Numbered from the stretch's first letter, positions 1 to 9,599 are shown. The stretch is 64,000 nucleotides of DNA from an uncultured Spirochaetota bacterium (GCA_963745235.1 CAVUXE010000075.1:30283-94282); one strand, 5' to 3'. The notes: generated from the sequence alone by a model not told the origin. Made by a program: numbers and translations.

Positions 1-203
1 CCAACGCCATCTCGGCCCACCACGCCCAGCGAGGCTGGACTGCCCGCCATGTCTCGAAACTTTACCTGCGCATCCGCTCTCGCAAAGGATCCTCGGTTGC
101 CATCGGTGCCGTGGCCCGACATCTTGCAGAGTCGACATTTTGGGTACTGACAAAAAATGAGCCGTATCGAGAATCCTCGAAGGTCTCACCGAGCCAGGGG
201 TGA
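1..203 (+). mobile_element. IS110-family transposase/recombinase, C-terminal end (truncated by window start)
   Basis: Frame from nt 3 reads NAISAHHAQRGWTARHVSKLYLRIRSRKGSSVAIGAVARHLAESTFWVLTKNEPYRESSKVSPSQG*; the 'LY.R...RKG...AI.AVARHLA....W.L....PY' pattern is typical of IS110/IS116/IS902 C-termini. Confidence 0.8.
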
Positions 204-378
204 GCACGGACCTAACATGTGTCCTTGCGGTACGCGATTTGATTGTGACACCCCTGCTGAAGGTGATCATGCCCCAATGACGGCGCATAGATGTTTCCGG
301 TAGGACGGGCTCAGTTGATGTAGGGACAGGAGGAGAAAGAAACTGGATTATCTTCAGACGCGAACGCTGTTATAGATG
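204..378 (+). ncRNA. IS110/IS1111 right-end non-coding region, putative bridge/seek RNA
   Basis: ~175 nt non-coding after transposase stop; CCTAACAT (211-218) is the reverse complement of ATGTTAGG (376-383) and ATAGATGTT (287-295) is identical to 372-380. Confidence 0.55.
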
Positions 379-690
379 TTAGGCAGTCGATCCTCGTCTT
401 GCCGAGCGTCTCGACCCGGAGAGTGAAGCTCCTCGCGCCGAATCCCTCCAGAAGCCCTGCTGGGTTTCCCCCCGGCCGCCTGCGATGCTGCGTCGAGATT
501 TGCTCAACAGTGAGCGAAAGCGCGGCGATCGCGAAAGCAGTATGCCCTCGAGGTCGGCATCATCCGCCGGGGCGACAATCACTGCCACAGCCCGACCGTT
601 GCGGGTGATTACGACCGGGCCGGAGGTCTCGGCCTCCAGCAAGTACGCGCTGAACTTGGCCTTGATCTCGGCCAGAGAAGCAACAGTCAT
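379..690 (-). CDS. Phd/YefM-family antitoxin
   Basis: MTVASLAEIKAKFSAYL...GPVVITRNGRAVAV Phd motif; start overlaps upstream toxin stop. Confidence 0.85.
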   Translation of the reverse strand: MTVASLAEIKAKFSAYLLEAETSGPVVITRNGRAVAVIVAPADDADLEGILLSRSPRFRSLLSKSRRSIAGGRGETQQGFWRDSARGASLSGSRRSARRGSTA

Positions 691-1009
691 GGTACGAACT
701 CCTTGCCGGCAATGAAAAGCCGAGCGTGGTCTTTGACCCCTATTGCCAGAATCCAGACCTGCCGGGATTCCGCCTCGACCTCGTAGAAGACACGAAATCG
801 ACTGTCGGGGCCACAGCGTAACTCCCAGGTAGCACCGTAGGGGCCAGGAGACCGCTCCAGCGGCTTGCGGTTGGAGTTTCCTGCCGCGGCGCGAAAGACA
901 GTTGTTCCTTGACGGTCTCCCGCAACAGGCGCAGGTATCTCCGGTCTATGGCGTTGATGTGCGCATGGACTTCGGGAGCGTAGGCAAGAGATCGAGTACG
1001 TCCAGCCAC
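687..1009 (-). CDS. RelE/ParE-family toxin (frameshift near 875)
   Basis: N-part MAGRTRSLAYAPEV... (740..1009 ORF) joins C-part NRKPL...WELRCGPDSRFRVFYEV...VWILAIG (687..1046 ORF); RelE-like pattern. Confidence 0.75.
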
Positions 1010-1010
1010 A

Positions 1011-1046
1011 GACTATAATTATAGTCAGACAGCATTCCGGTATCAA
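1011..1046 (-). promoter_or_regulatory. sigma70 promoter with overlapping perfect palindrome (TA operator)
   Basis: Minus strand TTGATA-17nt-TATAAT (1046-1018); perfect 16-bp palindrome GACTATAATTATAGTC at 1011-1026. Confidence 0.75.
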
Positions 1047-1306
1047 TTGACACCGGGCCCCATGGTCAAGGATCGGAGCGTTGCGTAAGGTACGCCACTA
1101 TGGCAGCGGACAGCGACCGCATCCATTCGGGCATAGTACGGTCAGACCCCCACGCCCGGGAACCTATGCCATAGAGGACTCAGAGCCGCTGTTGGGCCAC
1201 CCATGAACCTGCTGACGGCCGCCTTAACGATTCGTATGCCCCACTCCACGTGCAGTGCTCCGCCAAGAGTTTTCTGACACACCCATCTCAACCTCAGCAT
1301 GCTTCC

Positions 1307-1723
1307 TCACGTTTTCTCTCTTGCCAGAACTTCGACGAAACCATCCGGATTGACTATCCGCACTCCTTCACATTTTCCAATTGAGAGCAAATGATGGTCT
1401 CCTGATACAAGGTAATCAACATTCGCTTCTATCGCGCAATCCAAGAACATATTGTCTTCCGGATCATCCTTGACTAATCCACGATGTTTCCGCGGTTCAA
1501 CCCATTCTGCAATAGCAATCATTTCGGAAATGATCGCCTGAACCGTTTGAGGGCCAAATCCAAACTTCGGTCTATGAAGAACTGCGCCAAGTTCCGCGAT
1601 CGTCGGACCGGATATGCAGATTCTTATTGTCCCCCCGACGGCGGCTTCGAGAATTTGGCGAGGCTTGCCTCCAAAAAGAACGGCCGACAGCACTACATTT
1701 GTGTCTAGAACAACTTTGATCAT
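1307..1723 (-). CDS. PIN-domain (VapC-like) toxin
   Basis: VVLDTNV, DDPEDNMFLDCA, YLVSGDHHLL PIN motifs. Confidence 0.9.
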   Translation of the reverse strand: MIKVVLDTNVVLSAVLFGGKPRQILEAAVGGTIRICISGPTIAELGAVLHRPKFGFGPQTVQAIISEMIAIAEWVEPRKHRGLVKDDPEDNMFLDCAIEANVDYLVSGDHHLLSIGKCEGVRIVNPDGFVEVLAREKT

Positions 1724-1963
1724 TTACTTTTGTTTTTCTTTTCTGTAGTTGGCTATTTCCTTTTCGATGTCAGCTTCCGTCAGCCGATTCGCCCGGGCAA
1801 GTTTGGTACCTGCCTGAAAGATCTGATTCCATCTGCGCTTCCGCTCGATGTAGCTCCGGGCAGCTTCGCGAATAAGCTCTGACCGCGATCTCGACTCCTC
1901 TTGCGCTACCTCATCTATTTGCTTGAGCAAATCCCTGGTAAAGGAAATGTTGACAGTACTCAT
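1724..1963 (-). CDS. Ribbon-helix-helix (CopG) antitoxin
   Basis: STVNISF...LLKQIDEVA...SRSELIREAARSY; GAGGTG RBS; directly upstream of PIN gene. Confidence 0.85.
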   Translation of the reverse strand: MSTVNISFTRDLLKQIDEVAQEESRSRSELIREAARSYIERKRRWNQIFQAGTKLARANRLTEADIEKEIANYRKEKQK

Positions 1964-1981
1964 GATCACACCTCAAATGAA

Positions 1982-2011
1982 AGCGTGCATACAAACTTTG
2001 TACATTGTCAA
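1982..2011 (-). promoter_or_regulatory. Promoter/operator of second TA module
   Basis: Minus strand TTGACA at 2011-2006; inverted repeat TACAAA-C-TTTGTA at 1990-2002; -10 is weak. Confidence 0.5.
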
Positions 2012-2086
2012 GGGACCTCACAGCGACGTCAACCGCAACGACTTGACATGTCCAATCAGGATTGTCAGCCAGGCCACGCGAGGCGG

Positions 2087-2503
2087 TCAGTCGGTCCGAT
2101 CTTTCTTGTTCTTCAAGATCTCCCAGAACTGCCTTGGCGGTACTATCGAAATTTCTGCATGCCGCTCCAGGATCAGCAGGTCCTCGTCTCCTGTGATGAT
2201 GTAGTCCGCCTTTGACTCTTCGGCGAGGGCCAGGACATGGTCATCTGACGGATCCCTCGACACACGCCTTGATAGACGTTTTGTCTCTTGGACGGACGCG
2301 TGGTTCGTGAGATAGTCGATTGCGCCGTCGACGAGGGCCGGTGGCACCTTCAACTTGTTCTGGAGGGCACCCGCGACTTCTCTCAAGATTTCGTCACTGA
2401 GCACGATCTCATGCTGGTCAATACATACCTCGAGGAGGGCATGGCATAGCCCCTGGGTTGCGAACGCCGCTATGATGACATTCGCATCCAGTACAAGTCT
2501 CAT
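2087..2503 (-). CDS. PIN-domain (VapC-like) toxin
   Basis: LVLDANV, RDPSDDHVLALA, YIITGDEDLL PIN motifs. Confidence 0.9.
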   Translation of the reverse strand: MRLVLDANVIIAAFATQGLCHALLEVCIDQHEIVLSDEILREVAGALQNKLKVPPALVDGAIDYLTNHASVQETKRLSRRVSRDPSDDHVLALAEESKADYIITGDEDLLILERHAEISIVPPRQFWEILKNKKDRTD

Positions 2504-2718
2504 GAAATGCTTTTGAACACATCCTCATCCGTCAGAATCCCCTGCGCTTCGGCGAACGGAAGGATGGTGTTGCGCAACTTTCTGAAGTTGTAGATCGACA
2601 CGTATCGCTGAATCGACTCGCGTACCAGATCGCTTACGGGCTTTGCTTCTGAATCGCTTATCTCCTGCAACTCTTTGCGGAGATCATCGGGAATACGGAC
2701 GGTCAGGGCCCGTTTCAT
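2500..2718 (-). CDS. Ribbon-helix-helix antitoxin
   Basis: LTVRIPDDLRKEL...SDLVRESIQRY; ATGA overlap with PIN gene. Confidence 0.85.
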   Translation of the reverse strand: MKRALTVRIPDDLRKELQEISDSEAKPVSDLVRESIQRYVSIYNFRKLRNTILPFAEAQGILTDEDVFKSIS

Positions 2719-2732
2719 AGTTTCACCTCGTG

Positions 2733-2765
2733 CTACAACGTACTACAACGTAGTACGTTGGTCAA
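2733..2765 (-). promoter_or_regulatory. Promoter/operator of third TA module
   Basis: Minus strand TTGACC-17nt-TACGTT; direct repeat CTACAACGTA x2 (2733-2752) and inverted repeat CAACGTA-G-TACGTTG (2746-2760). Confidence 0.65.
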
Positions 2766-2883
2766 TGTGCCTCCATCAAGGGCGATTGACATAACACAGA
2801 TTTATTCCTGTTTTATCCCGGGTTAATGGAATCTGCTTCCCTTCGCTGCGAGATTATGATTTGCAGAAAGGGAACACGGCAGC

Positions 2884-3870
2884 ATGTCCATCAACGGGAG
2901 CGTCTTCGCCCCCATCGCCCTGCTTGCATATAACCGCCCGGCACATCTCGAAAGATGCCTCGCCAGTCTGCGACTGAACCCGGAGTGCGCCCGGACCGTC
3001 CTCTACTGCTACTTGGACGGTCCCCGCTGCTCTGAAGACGCCCGCATGGTTGAACAGGTCCGAGGGATTGCCCGAGCAGCCACCGGGTTTCGCGCAGTGA
3101 ACATTGTCGAGAGAGACTGCAACTGGGGCCTTTCCAGAAACGTCATAGGCGGCGTCACCCAGGTCCTTGCGCACCACGAGAAGGTCATTGTCGTGGAGGA
3201 TGACCTGGAGGTGTCCTCGACGTTCCTGCGCTACATGAACGAAGCGCTGAGCTTCTATGCATCATCTCCGGAGGTTTTCAGCGTCAGCGCATACAACTAC
3301 CCGAAGAAGCTGTTCTCCGTTCCAAAGGGCTATCCCTTCGACGCGTTCTTCGTTCAACGGCACATGTGCTGGGGGTGGGGGACCTGGCGGGACAGGTGGC
3401 AAAGGGCGGACTGGCAGGTCCGTGATTACGACTCGCTGAGCAGGAGCGAATCGTGGCAGCGCTCTTTCCGCGAGGGCGGAGTGGATCTTCCGGGCATGCT
3501 GGATGCGCAGGTCCATGGTCAAGTCGATTCATGGGCCATCCGGTGGACGCATGCTCATTTCACCCACCATGCGGTCTGTCTTGTCCCGGTGGAATCTTTC
3601 GTCAACAACATGGGTGCGGACGGCTCCGGGGTCCACATGAAGCGCTCCAACCGCTATTTCCACCCGACGTTGAACAACAGGGAGGAGCTGCGGCTCCCCT
3701 CCCTCGTGTACGTGGACCCGTTCATCGCCCGAATGTACAAGACAGTGGAAAGGAGAAGCCTTGCTTTCCGAGCGGTGCGCAAGGTCTCACGGATGGTCCT
3801 GGGCGTCGGAAGCCCAGGCACCTTGAGCGCGGCGCTGAATCAGAACAGGGCCAGTACGTCCCGCGGGTGA
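2884..3870 (+). CDS. Glycosyltransferase, GT-A fold (family 2-like)
   Basis: PIALLAYNRPAH, VIVVEDD, CWGWGTW motifs. Confidence 0.8.
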   Translation: MSINGSVFAPIALLAYNRPAHLERCLASLRLNPECARTVLYCYLDGPRCSEDARMVEQVRGIARAATGFRAVNIVERDCNWGLSRNVIGGVTQVLAHHEKVIVVEDDLEVSSTFLRYMNEALSFYASSPEVFSVSAYNYPKKLFSVPKGYPFDAFFVQRHMCWGWGTWRDRWQRADWQVRDYDSLSRSESWQRSFREGGVDLPGMLDAQVHGQVDSWAIRWTHAHFTHHAVCLVPVESFVNNMGADGSGVHMKRSNRYFHPTLNNREELRLPSLVYVDPFIARMYKTVERRSLAFRAVRKVSRMVLGVGSPGTLSAALNQNRASTSRG

Positions 3871-4493
3871 GCCGCAAGGACGCGGGCGCCCGCCTCCCGG
3901 AGCTCCCCTTCCGGGCGAAACCCCCACAGCGCGCCAACAGGGAACATCCCGGCCGCCACGGCCGTCTGCATGTCCGTGTTCGTGTCACCAAGGTAGAGGA
4001 AGGCAGCGGGCGCCACCCCGACACTTTCGCTGATTGCCAGGGCCGCTGCCGGATCCGGCTTTCTCGGCATTCCAGGCTGCGCGCCCTGAGCCGGGCTGAA
4101 GCGCCATCTGCCAAAAAAATGCCGCGCAATCTCCTTCACAAACGAGTCCGGCTTGTTGGAAAGAATCGTAAGGAGTGTGCCCTTTTCCGTGAGGCCGTCC
4201 AGGAGCTCAAGTATCCCCGGGTACGGATGGCTTTTGACCTTCCAGCGCAGCCCGTACTGGTCCCTCATTCCCAGGACGCATGCCCTGACTTCCTCCGGGT
4301 CCTCGCTCAGCGCTGGGGGCAAAGCCCTGCGGGCAAGCACCTCCATCCCGTCTCCAACAAAGTACCTGTACTCCACAACGGGGTGCGTGGGATGACCTCG
4401 AGAAGCGAGTACCGCATTCATGGAGTCCGCCAGGTCCTCAAGCGTGTCCAGGAGAGTGCCGTCCAGGTCGAAAAGCACAGCCGTGTATGTCAT
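3840..4493 (-). CDS. HAD-family hydrolase (phosphoglycolate phosphatase-like)
   Basis: FDLDGTLLDT, LSNK, KPDP, GDTNTD motifs. Confidence 0.9.
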   Translation of the reverse strand: MTYTAVLFDLDGTLLDTLEDLADSMNAVLASRGHPTHPVVEYRYFVGDGMEVLARRALPPALSEDPEEVRACVLGMRDQYGLRWKVKSHPYPGILELLDGLTEKGTLLTILSNKPDSFVKEIARHFFGRWRFSPAQGAQPGMPRKPDPAAALAISESVGVAPAAFLYLGDTNTDMQTAVAAGMFPVGALWGFRPEGELREAGARVLAAHPRDVLALF

Positions 4494-4571
4494 GGTCGAT
4501 TGCGGAGTATAGCGGAATTCCGGCGGATTGCCATACAGGCGAATTGACATGCGGCGGACCTAACCTGCACT

Positions 4572-5636
4572 ATGCATGCCGTTATGGAAAAACAGAAAAC
4601 CGTGCTGGAGAGTGAGATTGGAGAGCAGCCTGAAGCGCTTGCTCGGACTTTGGATTCATGCGGACCGGCAGTGGAGAAGCTCTGCGCGGAGATAAAGCGC
4701 AAGGACATCTCCTACGTAATGATTGCCGCTCGGGGAAGCTCGGACAACGCCGGGACCTACGCGAAGTACCTCTTTTCGTCCTTCAACGGCTGGCCTGTGG
4801 TCCAGAGCACGCCGTCTCTCTATACCTTCTATCACACGCCGCCGCGCCTGAAAAACGCGCTTGTGGTTGGGATATCGCAGTCCGGGCAGTCCGAGGACAT
4901 TGTGGAGGTCATGGCGGACGCGCGCAGACAGGGCGCCTTGAGCGTATCCATTACAGCGGATGCATCCTCCCCCCTTGCCAGGACCTCGGACCACGTTCTC
5001 CTTCTGCAAAGCGGCGCTGAGAAGGCGGTTGCCGCAACAAAGACCTTCACGTGCTCTCTCGCCCTCCTTGCAAGCCTCTCGGCAACCCTGCACGGGGATA
5101 AGAGCAGGGTTACCGCCATGAAGGGGCTTCCGCAGCACGCGGCAAGAACGCTTGAGACTGCCGCGGGAGCTGCAGCGGCCAAGGCGGAACGCTACCGGTA
5201 CATGGACCGGTGCGTCGTCATAGGGAGGGGATTTTCATACGGAATTGCGCTGGAAATTGCCCTCAAGCTCAAGGAGCTGACATACGTCACGGCAGATCCT
5301 TACTCCTCCGCGGATTTCCTCCACGGCCCCATGGCAATGGTGGAGCCCGGGTTCCCGGTGATCCTCGTGGCTCCCAGCGGAATCCTGCTCCCGCACATGA
5401 AGGAGTTCGCTTCCCAGCTTGCCCACAGGGGGGCCGAGGTGCTTGCCATCAGCGACTCCCCGGAGATCCTCAATTTCGGCCACACGCGTCTTCCCCTGCC
5501 GGAAGGCCTCCCCGAATGGCTGGCTCCGATAGTGGCCGTGATTCCCGGGCAGCTCCTGGGGCTCCACCTGGCGCTTGCCAAGGGCTTTGACCCGGACGCG
5601 CCGCGGGGGCTGAAGAAGGTCACCGTGACCAGGTGA
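4572..5636 (+). CDS. Double SIS-domain protein (GlmS isomerase-domain-like / glucosamine-6-P deaminase type)
   Basis: ARGSSDNA, ISQSG, EKAVAATKTF, ALKLKE, C-terminal PDAPRGLKKVT; no glutaminase domain. Confidence 0.85.
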   Translation: MHAVMEKQKTVLESEIGEQPEALARTLDSCGPAVEKLCAEIKRKDISYVMIAARGSSDNAGTYAKYLFSSFNGWPVVQSTPSLYTFYHTPPRLKNALVVGISQSGQSEDIVEVMADARRQGALSVSITADASSPLARTSDHVLLLQSGAEKAVAATKTFTCSLALLASLSATLHGDKSRVTAMKGLPQHAARTLETAAGAAAAKAERYRYMDRCVVIGRGFSYGIALEIALKLKELTYVTADPYSSADFLHGPMAMVEPGFPVILVAPSGILLPHMKEFASQLAHRGAEVLAISDSPEILNFGHTRLPLPEGLPEWLAPIVAVIPGQLLGLHLALAKGFDPDAPRGLKKVTVTR

Positions 5637-6383
5637 TCAGCTCTTGCTGACTTTCTTGACGTAAAAGAACAGGATTCCGCCCTGCGCTTCGAAGGAAAGC
5701 TCCCAGGACCCCGGATCGAAGACGGCAAGGATCTTCTTCATCGCATCCGGCGCTATGGGGTTCTCGCTGAGAATCTCCTCAGGCGGCGTCTGCACGAAGA
5801 CCGTCCCGAAGACGCTTCCGTCCTTCTTCAGGGTGCGCAGCATCTCTTCAGCGGCTTTGGAGGGATTGGGGAAAACGTTGAAAGCCATCAGGGCAAGGCA
5901 GACGTCCACGCAGGTGTCGGGAAGCGGAATACGCTCCGCGTCAATGTTCCACAGCGCGGCGTTGAGGTTGTCACCCAGGAGGCTCTTGGCGTGGCCCAGC
6001 ATTTCAAGGGAGATGTCCATCCCCAGGTAGATGGAGGTCTGGGGAAGAAAAGACACAACCGGAAAAGAAGTTCCGCATCCGACATCCAGGATGACCTTGC
6101 CCCCTGCCGTGCTCATGAACGCCTCCAGCTTGGCGGTGTAAACGTTCCAGGGGCAGGAAAGGCTCTCCACGAGCCTCACGATGGCGTTGTCATAGGTGCC
6201 TGAGACCGAATCAAATGTGGTCTGGACGATCTTCTGTGTATCTGTCAGGGGAAGGGATGTGAGGAAGTCGACAATTCCATTTTTCAACGGGTACACCCTG
6301 CCGCACTTGGAGCAGGTAAAAGAATCTCCGTTGCGGGCCAGGTTCTCCCTGCAGCTCGGGCAGAAGGGCGAGGAGAGTTGCAT
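5637..6383 (-). CDS. Class I SAM-dependent methyltransferase with N-terminal Zn-ribbon
   Basis: CPSC...CSKC then ILDVGCGT motif. Confidence 0.8.
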   Translation of the reverse strand: MQLSSPFCPSCRENLARNGDSFTCSKCGRVYPLKNGIVDFLTSLPLTDTQKIVQTTFDSVSGTYDNAIVRLVESLSCPWNVYTAKLEAFMSTAGGKVILDVGCGTSFPVVSFLPQTSIYLGMDISLEMLGHAKSLLGDNLNAALWNIDAERIPLPDTCVDVCLALMAFNVFPNPSKAAEEMLRTLKKDGSVFGTVFVQTPPEEILSENPIAPDAMKKILAVFDPGSWELSFEAQGGILFFYVKKVSKS

Positions 6384-6499
6384 GAAGATGATTCTATGGC
6401 AACAGGTTGTCGTCTGTCAAACACTATCCTGGCAGTTTCGCCGCTTCTGAAAGCTGTTACGGCTCCATACCGAGTTCATACCGATTGTAGAGGCACGAT

Positions 6500-8495
6500 T
6501 TGAGCGATTTTTCCCGTTTCCTGAACGAAAAGCAGTCCGAGGCGGTGCATTGGATGAACGGCCCGGTCCTTATCCTGGCCGGCGCAGGCTCGGGCAAGAC
6601 CAGGGTCATCACGTATCGCATCGCCCACCTTCTGACCAAAGGCGTCCCACAGTCTGAGATCCTTGCGGTGACTTTCACGAACAAGGCAGCCCGGGAGATG
6701 GCGCAAAGGATTCGGGCCCTCGTTCCCCGGAAGCTTGCCCGGCTCACCGTCAGCACTTTCCACTCCCTGGGGGCGCTCATTCTGCGGGAAAGGGCTTCGA
6801 TTCTCGGCTACAGGCCCAATTTCACGATCTACGACTCCCAGGACCAGGCAAGCCTGATCAAGGAGACGGGCCGCGAGTTGGGATTGAAAGGGGATTCCCT
6901 GGACCTTGCTGAAGCTGCCAGGGTCATTTCCCTGGTGAAAAACGGAAGGGCCGGGTGGACGGATGCGAACAAGCATCTGAAGAAGCTCTACGGCGAGTAC
7001 CAGAAGAACCTCAAGCTCTACAACGCAGTGGACTTCGATGATCTCATCATGCTTCCCGTTCAGCTCCTCGCGGAGTCCAAGGAGACCAGGGCCCACTACA
7101 CGTCCCGGTTTCGCTTTGTCCTTGTGGACGAGTTCCAGGACACCTCGGGCAACCAGTACGACATGATGCGTTTGCTCGTTGGGGAAGAGAGGAACGTGTG
7201 TGTCGTGGGTGATGACGACCAGTCCATCTATTCCTGGCGTGGGGCAAGCTTCGAGAATATCAAGAGGTTCGAATCTGACTTCCCGGGCGTCCACGAGATC
7301 AAGCTGGAGCAGAATTACAGGTCCACCGGCACCATTTTGCGGGCCGCGAATGCCCTGATCTCCCGCAATTCCAACCGCAAGCCAAAGGAGCTGTGGACGG
7401 GGCTCCCGACGGGGGATCCGATAGAGGTTTTTGCCGCGGAGAACGAGCTTGAAGAGGCGGAGTACATCTCTTCGAAGATCAGGACGCTGATGATCCGTGA
7501 TTCACTGCGCTTCCAGGACTTTGGCGTCCTTTTGCGGGCAAACCATCTCACCCGGGCGCTGGAGGAAACATTCCGCAAGGAGAACCTTCCTTATTCGGTT
7601 TCCGGGGGAATGAGCTTCTTCGAGCGCCAGGAAGTCCGGGACATGCTTGCCTATCTCAAGCTCATTGCAAACCATGACGACGATACGAGCTTCCTGAGGA
7701 TCGTCAACACGCCTCGCCGCGGCATCGGGAGGAAGCTCCTGGAGCACATCGCGGCCTACTCTGCTGAGCACCACTGCTCGCTTTTCAGCGCGCTCTCCAC
7801 GCTGGCCGGGCAGAGGGAGACCGCGCTGGACGACAAGTCCGGGGCCGCCGCCGGGGAGTTCGCGGAGCTGGTGGGCAGGTTCCGCTCGAAGCTTGTCGGG
7901 GGCGGAAAGATAGCGCAGGGCGTGCGGGAGCTGGTGGAGGAGATAGACTACTGGGGGCACCTGGTTTCGGAGAACCGGGACGCTCGAGGACAAGGATGTC
8001 GTGAAGTGGAAGTTCGCGAACGTGGAGTCCCTGATCGGCTCTCTTGCGGATTTCGAGGAGGACCCTGACAACCACCGCCCGAGCCTGTACGACTACCTTG
8101 CCCGAGTCACCCTGGCAAGCAGGGATGACCTGGATGACAAGGAGGAGGAAGGCAGGGTCAGCCTGATGACCATCCATTCAGCAAAAGGGCTGGAGTTTCC
8201 CGTCGTCTTCATTGCCGGAGTCGAAAAAGACATCATTCCGCACGCGCGCTCCGTAGAGGAGGCGGAAACCAACCTCGAGGAGGAGAGGCGGCTTTTCTAT
8301 GTCGCCCTCACACGCGCCGAGCGCAGGCTGTACCTGACCTGGTGCTCGTCCCGCAGGCGAATGGGAAAGCCGTCGGAGGCATTCCCCTCCCCGTTTCTTG
8401 ACGAGCTGCCGCCGGATTGCCTGGAGATGCACGCGCCGGATGAAAGCTTCACTCCGGACTTTGCCGCCGCGTGGAAGAAGATCGCAAAGGAGTAG
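6500..8495 (+). CDS. uvrD: UvrD/PcrA/Rep helicase (frameshift near 7985)
   Basis: AGAGSGKT, VDEFQD, GDDDQSIY, QNYRST, then MTIHSAKGLEF and EERRLFYVA in next frame. Confidence 0.9.
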
Positions 8496-8503
8496 GAAAA
8501 ACG

Positions 8504-8527
8504 AAAGGCGCCCTCTCGGGCGCCTTT
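8504..8527. terminator. Hairpin terminator between convergent genes
   Basis: AAAGGCGCCC-TCTC-GGGCGCCTTT, A-run upstream on + strand gives a U-tail on - strand. Confidence 0.75.
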
Positions 8528-8553
8528 GCGTTGTGTGCCATTCCGTGCGGTTC

Positions 8554-9429
8554 TTACATGTACGCTCGCAGCAGATGACTGCGTGAAGGGTGCTGGAGCC
8601 TCTTGATGGCCTTCTTCTCGATCTGGCGGATGCGCTCCTTGGTCAGCTTGTACATGCTGCCGATCTCCTTCAGCGACATCGGCCTCTTTCCATTCAATCC
8701 GAAGCGGTACTGGATGATCTCCGACTCCTTCTGGGAGAGGGATGTCAGGACGTTGTTTATGTCCCGGCGAAGCGAGCTTTCTATCACCACGTCATCCGGG
8801 GTGATGTGGTTCTTGTCTTCAACGAAATCTCCAAGGAGAGACGAGTCCTTCTCCGAATACACGGGCGTGTCCAGCGAGATGAGCTCACGGGAGATGTTCA
8901 GCAGGTCCGAAACGTGCTCCCGGTCGATCTCCAGCTTCTTGGCGATCATGTCGGTCTCCGACACGAGGAACTGCTCACCCTGGAGGTCCTTGCGCACTTT
9001 CTCGATCTGCACCAGCTCGTTGGCCCTGTTCAGGGGCAGGCGGATCATCCGGGATTTCTCGCAGATTGCCTTCAGGATGGCCTGTCGGATCCACCACACC
9101 GCGTACGAGATGAAGTGGTAGCCCTTCTCGACGTCAAACCGCTCGATTGCGTTCATGAGCCCGATGTTGCCCTCGCTGATCAGGTCCGCGAGGGGGAGAC
9201 CCTGGTTCTGATATTTCTTTGCGACGTTGACCACGAATCGGAGGTTGGCCCTGATGAGCTTCTCTTTGGCCAGCTGGTCCGCCTTGGCGGCCCGGCGGGC
9301 AAGCTTCTCTTCTTCCTCACGAGTCAGCAGAGGTATCTTGTTGATCTCCTTGAGGTAGAGGGAAAGGATATTCTCATCTGCCCTGGATGTTTTCTTCTCT
9401 TTCTCTATTGAACTGACTGCAGTGCTCAT
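8554..9429 (-). CDS. RNA polymerase sigma factor, RpoD/RpoS family lacking region 1.1
   Basis: YLKEI, NLRFVVNVAKKY, YAVWWIRQAI, KERIRQIE; GAGGTG RBS. Confidence 0.9.
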   Translation of the reverse strand: MSTAVSSIEKEKKTSRADENILSLYLKEINKIPLLTREEEEKLARRAAKADQLAKEKLIRANLRFVVNVAKKYQNQGLPLADLISEGNIGLMNAIERFDVEKGYHFISYAVWWIRQAILKAICEKSRMIRLPLNRANELVQIEKVRKDLQGEQFLVSETDMIAKKLEIDREHVSDLLNISRELISLDTPVYSEKDSSLLGDFVEDKNHITPDDVVIESSLRRDINNVLTSLSQKESEIIQYRFGLNGKRPMSLKEIGSMYKLTKERIRQIEKKAIKRLQHPSRSHLLRAYM

Positions 9430-9452
9430 ATTCACCTCTTGCCCCTATTTGA

Positions 9453-9468
9453 AGCAAGGACCATGCCA
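9453..9468 (-). promoter_or_regulatory. sigma54 (-24/-12) promoter for the sigma factor gene
   Basis: Minus strand TGGCATGGTCCTTGCT matches TGGCAC-N5-TTGCW with correct spacing, 24 nt upstream of ATG. Confidence 0.8.
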
Positions 9469-9599
9469 AGGGATTCCCGGGGAGGTAATCCAAGATGTTT
9501 GGTGATAACGAGTTAGAAGTCGCTACTTTTCAGATCTGTTATGGAATCCTAACAATGGGTCAATATGACACAAATCCTGCGATAACAGAATATTATGAA

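Noticed and set aside
210-384. ACCTAAC ... GTTAGGC read as one attC site making the transposase a gene cassette
   Set aside because: 175 nt is longer than usual attC sites and I see no continuous attC-type hairpin; guide-RNA interpretation fits better, though not excluded
1047-1306. Possible IS remnant or ORF between TA modules
   Set aside because: No convincing ORF, paired inverted repeat or attC could be supported
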